Source of the DNA: an uncultured Acidobacteriaceae bacterium
Lineage (GTDB): Bacteria; Acidobacteriota; Terriglobia; Terriglobales; Acidobacteriaceae
Length of the DNA: 64,000 nucleotides
Direction: 5' to 3'
Assembly (NCBI GenBank): GCA_963821115.1
Contig: CAWGCH010000001.1
Span: 27,485 to 91,484 of the forward strand
Shown here: positions 38,072 to 51,500 of the stretch, piece by piece
Layout of the letters: every line of letters begins with the position of its first letter
Numbering within the stretch: position 1 is the first letter of the stretch
Notes under the pieces: model-generated
What the model was told of the DNA's origin: nothing
Database searches by the model: none
Seen by the model: the letters and a program-made list of their open reading frames with translations, nothing else
Program-made: the position numbers and the translations under genes

Positions 38072-39589
38072 TCATCGCGCAAGCTCGAGAAGGTGGAAGG
38101 CCCAGGGACCGAGTTCCACATACAGGCCCGGCGAGGACATCTCATTTCCGTCACGCTCGTAGCTCGCACCCGAGAATGCATCTGTTAATTGCCACGTTTC
38201 GGCGGGTACATCAGCCCACGGGATCTGCACTCTGGCCTGAGCAGGCCGGTCACTCAGATTGACCGCAATCAAATATCTCTGCTCCTCTTGCTGCCAGCAC
38301 CAGGCCAGCATATTTTGACTGCTGGTGTTATCGGCCCAGCCGGTTCGTCTGCATAAGCGCCACTCGCCATTACGAAACACCGGGCGATTCGTGGCTTCCA
38401 GTAATTTCCTTGAGAAGGCTTGCAGATCCTCATCTACCGCCTCATCAGGGCGCCTCGCCAGGAACACCGGCAGCCGCACCTTCCTTCCTTCGAACTGTCC
38501 TTCGTGGAACAGCCTGACTCCGGGAAGAGTGGCTATGTTCAACATAAGGGCGCGCAGCTTTGCGGATGAAAAAATGGCGGCAGCCCTTGGCTCGTCATGA
38601 TTCTCGATAAAACGAAGTAGTCTGTCCTGGTAAGTAAGATCAGCGCTGAGATGGAGACGGATGCTCTCCGCGTCACTGTTTGCGAGCCGATCGTAAAGCT
38701 TTTTGTCGTAACAGAAATCGAAGCCCTCCTGCTGCAATTCCCACTCCAGGCCCCAATACGCCTCGGCAATGAAGAGGAAGCCGGGATGCCTGTGCTTGGT
38801 GGCGGAAATGACCTCCTCCCAATATTCGGTCATGGGACGTGGGCCCGTACGGGAGCCCCACGTTCGCTCGAAGATGGGATTCATTACAAGCATCGCCATG
38901 TCGCAGCGCACCCCATCGCATTGCTCGGCAATGCCGGAGATGGTTTCAATCACGGTTTGGCGCAGGCCAGGCGCAAAAGCATTCAGCTGCAGAACGTCCG
39001 GCCACGCCGGAAAGAAAGGATCGCGTCCGCAGGCGAAAATTGTTCCATTCACATCAAGGAAAGATGAAGGATCATTCCTGGCATCCTCGCTATTCCCGTG
39101 GATGAAGTATTCGGGGTGTTCGTGGACCCAGGGATGGTCGGGCGCGACATGATTAGGGACCCAGTCCAGCAACAGCTTCAAGCCCCGGCTAGCGAGCTCT
39201 GCGCGTGCCACAGCCAGCGCTTCAGGGCCTCCAAGGTGCTGGTCGACAATATAGAGCCGCACGCAATAGGGCGACCCCACGTTGTCGTCTGGACGAAAGT
39301 CAGGAAGGGCTCGCCGGAACTCCTCAAGTAGACCCTCGTTTCGATTTGCAATCGCAATGCTCGCGGGACTTCGTTCCCACACGCCCATCAACCACACTGC
39401 ACCGAAACCATAGGCTGCGATGGCATCCCATTCGGGCGAGGGAACTGACGCCAAATCGACGACTTTTCCATATTTCCTGCTCAAGTCAGAGAGCCAGACC
39501 CATGTGTTGATCTCGTACAACACAGGATAGCGGGGCCACACCGAAAGGCCGGACGGTGCGATTCCTGGTTCAGTTCGTGCTGCAGTCAT
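38072..39589 (-). CDS. Alpha-amylase family (GH13) glycoside hydrolase
   Basis: YEINT, LDWVPNH, DGVRCDMA (nucleophile), FIAEAY (acid/base) and FIENHDE motifs. Confidence 0.9.
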   Translation of the reverse strand: MTAARTEPGIAPSGLSVWPRYPVLYEINTWVWLSDLSRKYGKVVDLASVPSPEWDAIAAYGFGAVWLMGVWERSPASIAIANRNEGLLEEFRRALPDFRPDDNVGSPYCVRLYIVDQHLGGPEALAVARAELASRGLKLLLDWVPNHVAPDHPWVHEHPEYFIHGNSEDARNDPSSFLDVNGTIFACGRDPFFPAWPDVLQLNAFAPGLRQTVIETISGIAEQCDGVRCDMAMLVMNPIFERTWGSRTGPRPMTEYWEEVISATKHRHPGFLFIAEAYWGLEWELQQEGFDFCYDKKLYDRLANSDAESIRLHLSADLTYQDRLLRFIENHDEPRAAAIFSSAKLRALMLNIATLPGVRLFHEGQFEGRKVRLPVFLARRPDEAVDEDLQAFSRKLLEATNRPVFRNGEWRLCRRTGWADNTSSQNMLAWCWQQEEQRYLIAVNLSDRPAQARVQIPWADVPAETWQLTDAFSGASYERDGNEMSSPGLYVELGPWAFHLLELAR

Positions 39590-40056
39590 CGAAACTTCTC
39601 CTCATGCCGACGGTTTTCTAAAAGCCGTCCACCATCGGCCTGGCAGGCTGCTGAGTAACATCGCTGTTCATCGCATCGCGCCTCATCCTCGATGGCCTCG
39701 GTTTGGCTAAGAGCGAGCAAGTTCTGCGCATTCAATTGGGCAGAAATAAATTTGATCCACGCTGCGAACCGGAGGGATCAAATTTACTTCGCTGGCCCGA
39801 AACGAGCGCATTCTGCGGGAAGCCGGCCATGGGCTCTCGTGCAATCCATGCAAATCACTCAATGAGCGTATCGCTGTTCAGGCAAATGCTGTCTTTATAC
39901 AACCATGTGAAAAGAAAGCTCACGTGAACAGTTCGGAAAGCAATTCTTCAGCCCCTTATCCAGGAAGGCGGCGCCGGAAGAATGCCTTCGGTGAGATAAG
40001 CGGACGGTCGAATGGCTACACTATAGAATGAACAGACCGAACTCGCTTGAGGCGTC

Positions 40057-42464
<2,408 letters not shown>

Positions 42465-42540
42465 TCAGGTTAGAAGTAAATTTCAGGTGCAAGTTGTTAA
42501 GATCCAAGCCCAGCCCTGCCAGCAAAACATCAATCGGGAT

Positions 42541-44397
42541 TTAAGGACTACCGGCCGCAATTGGATGGTTGGTGAGCAGTATCTTCTCTCCGCTTACGTC
42601 GACGGTTTCGAGCTGCCCGCTGCCTACTAGTGATTCCAAATGAGGAACTGCGGATGTCTTGGCCACAATGTAATATCGTTGCGGTTTGCGCCACAGATCC
42701 TGGAATTGACTGTCATCAATAAAGACGTTCGGAACATTCGGCGCGTGAGAGCCATAAACCAGGTTCATAAATCTGCCATTCAGCAGCAATGCGGTTCTAT
42801 CGGTATAAAAGAACACCGAAGAGAACCAATAGTAGTGGTGGTCGATAATCAGGCCGCCCGGCGGCGAGCGGTCCAGCGCCGTGACCAGGGGCCGGGAAGA
42901 GAGATATGGATCGAACGTGACCATCGCCAGGCGGGCGGCCTGAAAGAAGACAACCATCATCAGGCCGAGCGCAATGTACGCTCCGCGGCGCGCGGCGCGC
43001 AGGGTGCCGACCGCGCCGATCAGGAAAGCAATCGCGGCCAGAGCCAGCGGAAAACGGAGGTAGGCGAACGAATCGAGCGTCAGATCTTCCATGTGGCCAA
43101 GCGAGAGCTTGTAGGCATTCGGGTGTGGGCTCAGCGCGCTGGAGATGTCGCCGGGCGTGGGCACATGCCGGACAGCGATCAGGATGGCAACGGCCGCCAC
43201 CGCGGCGCAGGCGCAAATGACGGTCAAGGCACGCGTTCCGCTTCGTACCATCCGGCCATTCATGGCGATCGCCGAACCGATCAGCAGCGCCATGGCCGGA
43301 TAGCACGGCATCGAGTAGTACTCCTGCGTGGTGGAGAAGGTAAAGAACACCATCACAAATCCGATCCAGCAAAGCGCAAGTAGTCTCGTCCGCCCGGCGC
43401 GGTCCACCGGCCGATAGGACAGCCGCACGGTCGCTGGAAGGTAGACGCTCCAGGGAAAGATCCAGATCAGGTTGAAGAGCCAGAAATAGAGCCGGGGAAC
43501 TGTGCTGTAATCGCGCGGATAGCGAAGGTTCAGGAAACGAAGAAGCTGCTCGTTGATGAAGAAGAACCACAGGAAGCCGTGATACTCCCCGGGAATGCTC
43601 TTCATGGTGAAGGAGAAATAGGGCGGATTGTGCAGCGTGGCAAGGATGTGCCAGGGAGCGGCAACCAGCAGGATGATCAGCGTCCCGCTGAAGGGTCGAA
43701 GCCGCCGCCAGACCTGCGCTGAGAAGAGCTGGCGCGTGCACGCGAGATAGACGATCGCGGCTCCAACAGGAAAAACGATGGCGATCAGGCTCTTTAGCAG
43801 CAAACCGATGCCCAGACTGGCTGCCAGCGTAGCTGCCCACGCGCGCGGATGCCGCTCCTCGGGATCGAGCACGCGAAGAAATGCCCACAATGCCAGAGCG
43901 ATGGTGAAGGTTTGCATCGCGTCAGGAAACAGCACGCGCGTGAAGAGCCATAAGCCGATGCAGGTGGCCATGCACAAGCCGGCGTAGAACCCTGCGCGCT
44001 TTCCGAAGGCCCAGATTCCGAACGCCGCGGTCAGCCAACACAATCCCACCGCGGAGAGGGCGACCGGGATGCGCGCAGCCCAGTCATGCACGCCAAAAAT
44101 CTTGTATGAGCCCGCGATCATCCAGTAAAGGAGCGGGGGTTTTTCCAGGTACGCCACTCCATCCAGGCGCGCGGTAACCCAGTCGCCCGACGTCAGCATA
44201 TTTCGGGCGATCTGCGCCTGTACCGCATCCACATCGTCCATCAGCGACGGCGGAGACAGGATGCAGCCAAGATAAACCGCCGCAGCGAAGAGGACGACAA
44301 CCAGAAAAACCTGCCGGCTGCTTACCCTTCGACTGCGAGCGTCAGTCTCCTCGACTTCGGAGACGGTGCTGACTGAATATTCCATCGTTTCATCCAC
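42541..44397 (-). CDS. ArnT/PMT-like GT-C (GT83/39) membrane glycosyltransferase
   Basis: LMDDVDA..AQIARNML.SGDWVT, YLEKPPLLYW, AARIP, LLKS and YYSMPCYP motifs; many TM helices. Confidence 0.88.
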   Translation of the reverse strand: MDETMEYSVSTVSEVEETDARSRRVSSRQVFLVVVLFAAAVYLGCILSPPSLMDDVDAVQAQIARNMLTSGDWVTARLDGVAYLEKPPLLYWMIAGSYKIFGVHDWAARIPVALSAVGLCWLTAAFGIWAFGKRAGFYAGLCMATCIGLWLFTRVLFPDAMQTFTIALALWAFLRVLDPEERHPRAWAATLAASLGIGLLLKSLIAIVFPVGAAIVYLACTRQLFSAQVWRRLRPFSGTLIILLVAAPWHILATLHNPPYFSFTMKSIPGEYHGFLWFFFINEQLLRFLNLRYPRDYSTVPRLYFWLFNLIWIFPWSVYLPATVRLSYRPVDRAGRTRLLALCWIGFVMVFFTFSTTQEYYSMPCYPAMALLIGSAIAMNGRMVRSGTRALTVICACAAVAAVAILIAVRHVPTPGDISSALSPHPNAYKLSLGHMEDLTLDSFAYLRFPLALAAIAFLIGAVGTLRAARRGAYIALGLMMVVFFQAARLAMVTFDPYLSSRPLVTALDRSPPGGLIIDHHYYWFSSVFFYTDRTALLLNGRFMNLVYGSHAPNVPNVFIDDSQFQDLWRKPQRYYIVAKTSAVPHLESLVGSGQLETVDVSGEKILLTNHPIAAGSP

Positions 44398-46235
44398 AAA
44401 AAAAGAATCATCAGGCCCCAGAGATGGTAGCCGACGTTGATCTGCCTGTTCAGGTGAAGCTGCATGTAGTTTCGAATCTTCTCAAAGCGAAATAATTCCG
44501 AGTGCTCCGCTTCGGCAGAGGCTAGCGTTTCCATCATCATCGATCGCAGCGTTCCGCGCAGCCATTCATGCGCCGGGATGTCGAAGCCGATCTTTTTGCG
44601 GCGCACGATCGCTTTCGGCAGCTTGGGATTCATCAGCTCCTTGAGCAGATATTTCTGGCTTCTCCCGCGAACCTTGAGATGGGTGGGGAGGGTCGCTGCG
44701 AATTCGACGATGCGATGGTCCAGGAAGGGAGGACGGACCTCGACCGCATGGGCCATGCTCATGCGATCGGATTTCACCAGAATGTCGTCGGGAAGGTAGT
44801 ATTCCTGGTCAAATTCCAGAAAAGGCGCGACCCCGTCTCCGGGAAGATTTTTTTGAAGGCGAGCGAGCACCTCGGTGAGCGCTCCGGGCAGCGGCGTGTG
44901 AAGAAGGGCCGCTTTTTCAGCCTCTGAAAAGGTTCCGTTCCAGTAGACATGGGATAGCTCGGGCGGCATCAGCGTGCCTTCGAGCAGTCGCTTCAACTTG
45001 TATTCCAGGCTGATCTTTTCGTTCGAAACCGGCCATAGGCTCAGGCTCCGCAGAGCTGCGCTGATTGCGGGTCTGGGTAGATGCCGAATCTGCCCTGCGA
45101 TGCGGTTGGCGCGATAGGTGAGGTAGCCGCCGAAAATCTCGTCGGCGCCTTCTCCGCTAAGAGCGACCGTAGTGTGCGCCTTGCAGAGCCGGGAAAGAAA
45201 CCAGACGGGCAAAGCTCCGGCGTCCGCGCTTGGCTCATCCGAGTAATACGCGAAGTTCTCGATCGCGCCTTCCAGGTCCTGCTCCGGACTTAGGTCCAGT
45301 TGTTCATGATCCGTTCCGTAATGCTCAACTACCTGCTCGATATATTTCGTTTCATCAAAACTCCGCCCGTGAAACGTGATCGAGAAGGTCCGGAGGCGTG
45401 ACCTCGATGCCTGGGCCGCGTAGTGCAGAATCGTCGACGAATCCAGGCCGCCGCTGAGCCAGATTCCTGAGGGCACGTCAGCCATCAAATGCTCTCGAAC
45501 CGACGAGTCCAGGAGGGAATCGAGTTCCGCTTTTGCGTCTTCGAGCGAGGTTGACTGCGGCGCTATCGCTGGGATGCGCCAATAGGCCTGTTTGCTTGTG
45601 CGCCCGTCTCGCCATTCAAGCCACTGGCCCGGGGGCAACTTCTCAACCCCGGCAATCAGCGTCCACGGAGACGGGACGTAGTTCATGGAGAGATAGCAAT
45701 CCAGCCCCTCCATGCTTAGCTCGCGGTCGATTTCGGGATGAACGAGAATCCCTTTTAGCTCCGAGGCAAAGAAGAGATCCTCTCCTCGTTCCGCGATGTA
45801 GAGCGGCTTGATGCCGAGACGGTCTCGAGCCAATACCAGCCGCTGTCCGTCATCGCTCCAGATTGCAACGGCGAACATGCCGCGAAGCCGCCGAAAGCAA
45901 TCGGTATCCCACTCGAGAAAAGCCTGGAGAACGGTCTCCGTGTCGCAATGAGTCTGGAAGCGTCGCCCCAGCGATTCAAGCTCCTGGCGGATGGCGAGAT
46001 GGTTGTAAATCTCACCATTGAAGACGATCACCGCATCGCCGTCTTCAGAAAAGATAGGCTGGTCGCCCGCAGCGAGATCAACGATCTTCAGGCGGGTTGC
46101 GCCGAGCGAGCATAGTCGGGATCGAAAGACGCCCTGCTGGTCCGGTCCACGATGAATCAGGGTATCCGTCGCATTTTGGATGCGGTCGTGCTTCGGGCGC
46201 CAGTTTCTTGTTGTGAACCCAACAATGCCGCACAA
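44322..46235 (-). CDS. asnB: AsnB-family glutamine-hydrolysing amidotransferase
   Basis: N-terminal MCGI, HRGPD, FNGEIYN, LSGGLDSS, SGEGADEIFGGY and EVRPPFLD motifs. Confidence 0.93.
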   Translation of the reverse strand: MCGIVGFTTRNWRPKHDRIQNATDTLIHRGPDQQGVFRSRLCSLGATRLKIVDLAAGDQPIFSEDGDAVIVFNGEIYNHLAIRQELESLGRRFQTHCDTETVLQAFLEWDTDCFRRLRGMFAVAIWSDDGQRLVLARDRLGIKPLYIAERGEDLFFASELKGILVHPEIDRELSMEGLDCYLSMNYVPSPWTLIAGVEKLPPGQWLEWRDGRTSKQAYWRIPAIAPQSTSLEDAKAELDSLLDSSVREHLMADVPSGIWLSGGLDSSTILHYAAQASRSRLRTFSITFHGRSFDETKYIEQVVEHYGTDHEQLDLSPEQDLEGAIENFAYYSDEPSADAGALPVWFLSRLCKAHTTVALSGEGADEIFGGYLTYRANRIAGQIRHLPRPAISAALRSLSLWPVSNEKISLEYKLKRLLEGTLMPPELSHVYWNGTFSEAEKAALLHTPLPGALTEVLARLQKNLPGDGVAPFLEFDQEYYLPDDILVKSDRMSMAHAVEVRPPFLDHRIVEFAATLPTHLKVRGRSQKYLLKELMNPKLPKAIVRRKKIGFDIPAHEWLRGTLRSMMMETLASAEAEHSELFRFEKIRNYMQLHLNRQINVGYHLWGLMILFLWMKRWNIQSAPSPKSRRLTLAVEG

Positions 46236-46427
46236 GTGTGTTATGCCTCTTCTGCTTGGAGAACTGGGGCCTGACGCACACCCCTACCCTCACAGCTTAC
46301 GCCATAGACGATAGACTCAAGTTCAAGCGTGAGAGTTTCATACTCACACGAAATCGCGGGCCGGCGGGCGGTCACGCTGGCTATAAAATCAGAATATGCT
46401 CGAGTGGCCGATGCGCTCCCTATCAAG

Positions 46428-46847
46428 ATGACGTCTCTGAAAGATTCCAACTTTAAAACTTACCTCTTGATCCTGGTGATGGTGATCGCGGGGCCGCTCG
46501 GCAATGTCCTGCTGGGCAAGGGCATGAAGCAGGTAGGCAGTGAATTAAGCCTGTGGCCTCTTTCGCACCTGCTGCACACCGGTGTCGCCATCTTCTCTTG
46601 CGCGACAATCTGGATGGGAATCGCATCGCTGCTGTGTTTTTTCGTCGCATATATGCTGGCGCTCTCCTGGGCCGACTACAGCTACGTCCAGCCGGCCTCA
46701 TCATTGGCGTATGGCGTGGTTGCGCTGCTCGGCTATTGGATGCTGGGCGAGAAAGTTTCGCCCTTGCGCTGGGCGGGAATCGCCCTGATCTCCGTGGGTG
46801 TTTTTGTCGTTGGCCGCACCAATCCTCGCACCGCGGAGCATGTTTAG
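46428..46847 (+). CDS. Small DMT/EamA (ArnE/F-like) membrane protein
   Basis: Four TM helices; LSWADYSYVQP and LGEKVSPLRWAG motifs. Confidence 0.82.
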   Translation: MTSLKDSNFKTYLLILVMVIAGPLGNVLLGKGMKQVGSELSLWPLSHLLHTGVAIFSCATIWMGIASLLCFFVAYMLALSWADYSYVQPASSLAYGVVALLGYWMLGEKVSPLRWAGIALISVGVFVVGRTNPRTAEHV

Positions 46848-47223
46848 TTTGGTCCAGGTAATCCTGTTTACGCTGATCGTAGTAGCCGGCACAGGCGGCG
46901 AGCTCTGCGTGTCCCGCGCAATGAAGGAGGTCGGAGGCGCGATCAGTTTTCATCCGCGCGATATTGTCGGGATCATTCTGAGAGCGTTGCGCGTGCCATG
47001 GATGTGGGCCGGCGTGGGCATGATGGCCCTGGCTTTCTTCTCTCTGCTCGGGGCTCTCTCTCGAATGAATGTCAGCTTTGTTGTGCCGGTCACCGCACTC
47101 AGCTATATCGCGGGTGCGCTCGGCGGGTTGACCTTTCTGGGTGAACGGGTAAGTCCCCAGCGCTGGCTGGGCGTCTTCTTTGTGGCGGTTGGCGTCTTAC
47201 TTGTGTTCCTGGGTAATCGATGA
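46840..47223 (+). CDS. Second small DMT/EamA (ArnE/F-like) membrane protein
   Basis: Four TM helices; LSRMNVSFVVP and FLGERVSPQRWLG motifs; overlaps the first copy. Confidence 0.82.
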   Translation: MFSLVQVILFTLIVVAGTGGELCVSRAMKEVGGAISFHPRDIVGIILRALRVPWMWAGVGMMALAFFSLLGALSRMNVSFVVPVTALSYIAGALGGLTFLGERVSPQRWLGVFFVAVGVLLVFLGNR

Positions 47224-47242
47224 AGGGACCGCCGAGACAAGA

Positions 47243-48478
47243 ATGACCGAATCCCCAGTCCTGGTCAGAGAACGAAGAATTTTCGGGGATATCTTTCACC
47301 TCGCCATCGATACCTTCCGGGCCAATCGCTCCCGCTTTCTTCTTACATCCCTGGGCACGATCATGGGCACCGTTTCGCTGATCTGGGTGGTGACCATCAG
47401 CCTTACCGGCGAAAATTATGTCGTCGCTGCGATCCAGAACATCGGCTCCAATCTGATCTGGGTCGAATATTCGGGCCTCGCCGATCCCGCTGTCGGCGCG
47501 AAAAACGACTTTCTGACCGTAGACGACATGGAAGCCGTGGAACAACAGGTTCCAGGCGTTGTGTCGGCCACACCAGTCGTGAATCTCCATGTTCCTTATT
47601 CGACCGGTGGCGGAACGGAACTCACTCTGCTGATCCTCGGCGTCAACCCTCAGTACCAGAAGATACGCCGCCTGCGCCTACTGTCCGGACGGTTCATGGA
47701 TGAGGAGGACGTCCGTTTGGCCAGCAAGGCAGCCCTGGTAACGGAACACTTTGCGGTGACCCAGTTCGGAAGCCTGGACGATGCGCTGGGGAAAGATATC
47801 ACCCTGTCCGGCATCCCATTCCAGATCATCGGTACCTTCACCGAAGGCTTCAATACGTATGGCCAGTCTGAGATTGTCGACGACACCGTCCTCATTCCCT
47901 ATAAGGTCGCGCGCTTCCTTACCGGCAGCGACGCAATCAATCAGATTTATCTCTCCGCTTCGGATATCGGCAGCGTTCCCGAGGTCAGCCGGGAGACTCT
48001 GCGGGTCATCCGGTCACGCCACCGGCCCGAAGCTGTGTACGAAGTAGGGAATCTGACGCAGGTCCTCGGTGTAGCCAGAAGCACGGTGTATGCCATCAGC
48101 ATCCTGCTGCTTTTATTCTCGCTGATCACATTGCTGGTGGGCGGCATGGGCATCATGAACATCATGCTGGCAACCGTGACATCCCGAACCCGGGAGATCG
48201 GAATCCGGAAGGCTCTGGGCGCGACGAGCGGCCAGATTCGACTTCAATTTCTGATGGAGTCGACCCTCATTTCGATGGGCGGAGGGCTCGCCGGCACGAT
48301 TCTCGGCATCGGCCTGCCCCTGGCGATCGCCGCCTACAGCAATCTGAAGCTGCAGACGTCCTGGATTTCAGCCATAGTGGCGCTCGTTGTCTCTGCCGCA
48401 ATCGGCGTCGGCTTCGGAACGGTACCTGCTGTCCGCGCAGCCCGGTTCGACCCTGTTGAATCCCTGAAAGCTGAATAG
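47243..48478 (+). CDS. MacB/FtsX-type ABC transporter permease (no ATPase domain)
   Basis: RFLLTSLG, periplasmic domain, GGMGIMNIMLATVTSRTREIGIRKALGA and AARFDPVESLK motifs. Confidence 0.9.
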   Translation: MTESPVLVRERRIFGDIFHLAIDTFRANRSRFLLTSLGTIMGTVSLIWVVTISLTGENYVVAAIQNIGSNLIWVEYSGLADPAVGAKNDFLTVDDMEAVEQQVPGVVSATPVVNLHVPYSTGGGTELTLLILGVNPQYQKIRRLRLLSGRFMDEEDVRLASKAALVTEHFAVTQFGSLDDALGKDITLSGIPFQIIGTFTEGFNTYGQSEIVDDTVLIPYKVARFLTGSDAINQIYLSASDIGSVPEVSRETLRVIRSRHRPEAVYEVGNLTQVLGVARSTVYAISILLLLFSLITLLVGGMGIMNIMLATVTSRTREIGIRKALGATSGQIRLQFLMESTLISMGGGLAGTILGIGLPLAIAAYSNLKLQTSWISAIVALVVSAAIGVGFGTVPAVRAARFDPVESLKAE

Positions 48479-48507
48479 AAAACTTCGTAAATCCTATCGC
48501 TGCGGAT

Positions 48508-51500
48508 TTAGAAGAGCAGCTTTAGAGAGAATTGAATTTGGCGCGAAGTCCCCGCTGTTTTGCTGATCTCGCCAAATCCCGATCCCTTGATGGTGTTGGC
48601 GGGCAGTCCCATGTCGACGATGTTGAAGAGGTTGAAGAACTCCGAACGAAACTGGACGATGAAGAGTTCGCCGCCATTTGCGCGGGTGCCTACGGGAGTG
48701 TCTTTGATGAGCGAGAAGTCATAGTCGTAGTATGCGGGACCGCGGAAGGTGTTTCTCCCGAGCGAGCCGAAATAGCCCTGGTTTGGTCCTGTGCCTCCAG
48801 GCTCGTTGATGGGGATGGAGAAGTAGGATGCGTTGTTTGCACCGAGGCCGAAGTAATCTTCGCGAGTCTTGCGTGCGGTGGAGAGATGGGGCTTGGCGAT
48901 CTGGTTGGGGCGGTCGACTCCATTGGAGCCTGCGGCGGTCTGCTGAATACCGGAATAGATCGTGAAGGGCAGACCGCTGCTGATGGTCGAAATGCTGAGC
49001 AGCTCCCATCCGGCGGTAACTTTTCGATTGACGGGCTGAAGGAACTCGATTTTCTCGAGCTGAAGGTCCTGAGCCAGGCTCATGGTGAATCCATGGGCAA
49101 CGTCAAAGCTGGACGGTCCCTTCTCTGCATGGGTGTTGAAGGGATTTTGCGGCAGCGGGCTGCTCACGGCGCCAGTGGCATTTCCGTTGGGGGAGACGCC
49201 GCTCGTGTCATCGAGCGATTTGGACCATGTATAGCTCACCTGGATGCCCGGGCCGTTATGAGGGACCGTTCCGGCGAGCGACGCCTGCAATGCGTGATAG
49301 CTGGAGTGCGACGTGTCGGTGATGAGTTGCTCAGTGCCGAAGCCCCCAATGGGGTTTCCGTTGCTGTCGAAGATGGTGAAAGGAGCAAAGCCCGGCCCGG
49401 CTCCCGAATAGCCGTTGGGGTAGGCAATACGTGGAAGTCTGACCGAGGCCGTTCCGACATAGGCTGCATCCGCGGTGAGCTTGCCAAACTGGCGTTCGGC
49501 GCCCAGTGTCCAGGTTTGCAGATAGCCATTACCGAAGCGCCGGTCAATACCGGTGAGGTTGATCGGCGTGAGCTGCGAGCCGGGTGAGAGCGCGGCTAAA
49601 TCCTTCTGAAAACGATCGACGTCAAGCACCGTGTTGGCGGGGACGGTGTCGGTCTTGCCGCTGGCGAAGACGTTCTGACCGGACGGCGTATAGAACGGCG
49701 GAAGCTGCGCCGAGGTGATCTGGAAGCCATAGGGAATCAGGCCGCCCGGAGCCGCGGTGAGATGAGGGTAGATCACAAACGGTGTCGCACCGGTGAGGAA
49801 ATTGTCCTGCCAGATATTGGGCGGGATGGTGGTGATGCCTCCGCCGACATGAAGGTGCAATGTGTCTGTGGCTCGCCAGTCGAGTTGCACACGCGGCCCT
49901 ATGCCTGTCCAGCTGAAGCGGTAGCCTGGCTGGGGATTGTCGACATACTCCTGTTGCGATCCATTCATCAGGAAGCCGGAGGTGCGATGCGCGCGCTCGG
50001 TGATGGGCGAATACAGCTCGTAGCGGATGCCGTAGTCGAGGACGAAGCGGTCTGACATCTTCCACGTGTCCTGGATATAGAGGCCGCCTGCGTTACGGGA
50101 GATTGCGGCCGGTCCAATGCGATAGCCACCCGAGGAATAAGATGGCGCGACCGCTGTCGTATATACGAAGGCGCTGCCGGTAAGCAGTTGGCTGAGCGTG
50201 TCTGGCAGTGGGTCGCCGGGACGAATGTCGTGGGTTCCGCTCTGCGACGGAATGGCAACCGGCGAATAGGCGGTGCCTCCGCCGAAGTCGTATTCGCCGT
50301 TAGGGCTGATGCCGAAGTAAGTGGTGTCGCGATTGAGACGAATTTCTCCGCCGGCCTTGATGACGTGGCGCTCGGTAGTGACCGTGAAGTTCTGCCTCGC
50401 CTGAAAGAGGTTTCCGTAGGCGGACATCACCGACCCGCCAGCCGTATTGAATCCTTCGAACAATCCGTCGTCGAATTTGACCGCGGGGTCAGTCTGGTTT
50501 GGGGTTGGAAACTGCGGAGTGGTGCGGGTGAAGCTGATGGAGCTTTCGAAAGCGAAGCGGGGCGAGACGGCCCGGGTGTAGGTAAGCACGCCGTTGCGTT
50601 GGTGGTCGACGTAAATTACGCCGAAGCTGGGATCGATGGTGGTCTGGTCAGGATTCGTCGTCGGACCGAAGAGGTTGTTGAAGTTGAATCGGGCCATGAG
50701 CTGCGACTTGCTGGAAAGTTGTTGGTCGAGGCGGAGGGAAAACTGGTTGGCGTTGGTTACGACTTTGGAGGAGATCGCGTAGGTGTTCGCTCCGTATGAG
50801 CCTGTGGGGTTGTTAGGCAGCGGGTAGCGGGCGAGGATTCGCGTTATCGCAGGGTCGGGAGTGATGACCAGGGTGTCGCCGGGATAGGCCGTGGTATCGA
50901 GCCCCGAACGCTGCTCCGCAGTAGGGACGGGAAGCACCTGGGTGGTTCCCAGCACCTGACGGAAGCCTTGATACTGGCCGAAATAAAAGGTCTTGCCGCG
51001 GCCGTCGTACAGATGCGGGAGGATTACCGGGCCGCCATTGGTGAATCCGAATTCGTTGCGGCGAAAGGGCGGGATTCTTCCTGGGTCGGCGATCGACGGG
51101 TGATCGAAATAGTTGCGGGCGTCGAGAGAGGAATTCCTGAGGAACTCGAAGACTGATCCATGAAAACCGCTGCGGCCGGAACGGGTGATGATGTTGGTGA
51201 AGCCTGCGGCGCCGCGTCCAATCTCGGCGGGCATCCAGCCGGATGTGGATTTGATCTCCTCGACGGCGTCTACGTTGAAGTTGCTGAAGGTCGCGCCGCC
51301 CATTTCCGGGTCGCTGGTATCGGCTCCGTCCATCGCGAATGTGGCTTCGACTCCACGCTGGCCGTTGATGGCAAACTGCTGGGTGAAATTCGTCTGGCCA
51401 TTCGCGTCGGTCATGGTGCCCGCAGCGAGCAAGAGCAGTTGGCTGAAGTCGCGCTTGTTCAGCGGAATGGCGCTGACGGTCTGGCTGGAAAGCTGTTCGC

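Noticed and set aside
39752-39781. FNR box
   Set aside because: TTGAT and ATCAA are 20 bp apart rather than 4. Reported instead as an unexplained inverted repeat.
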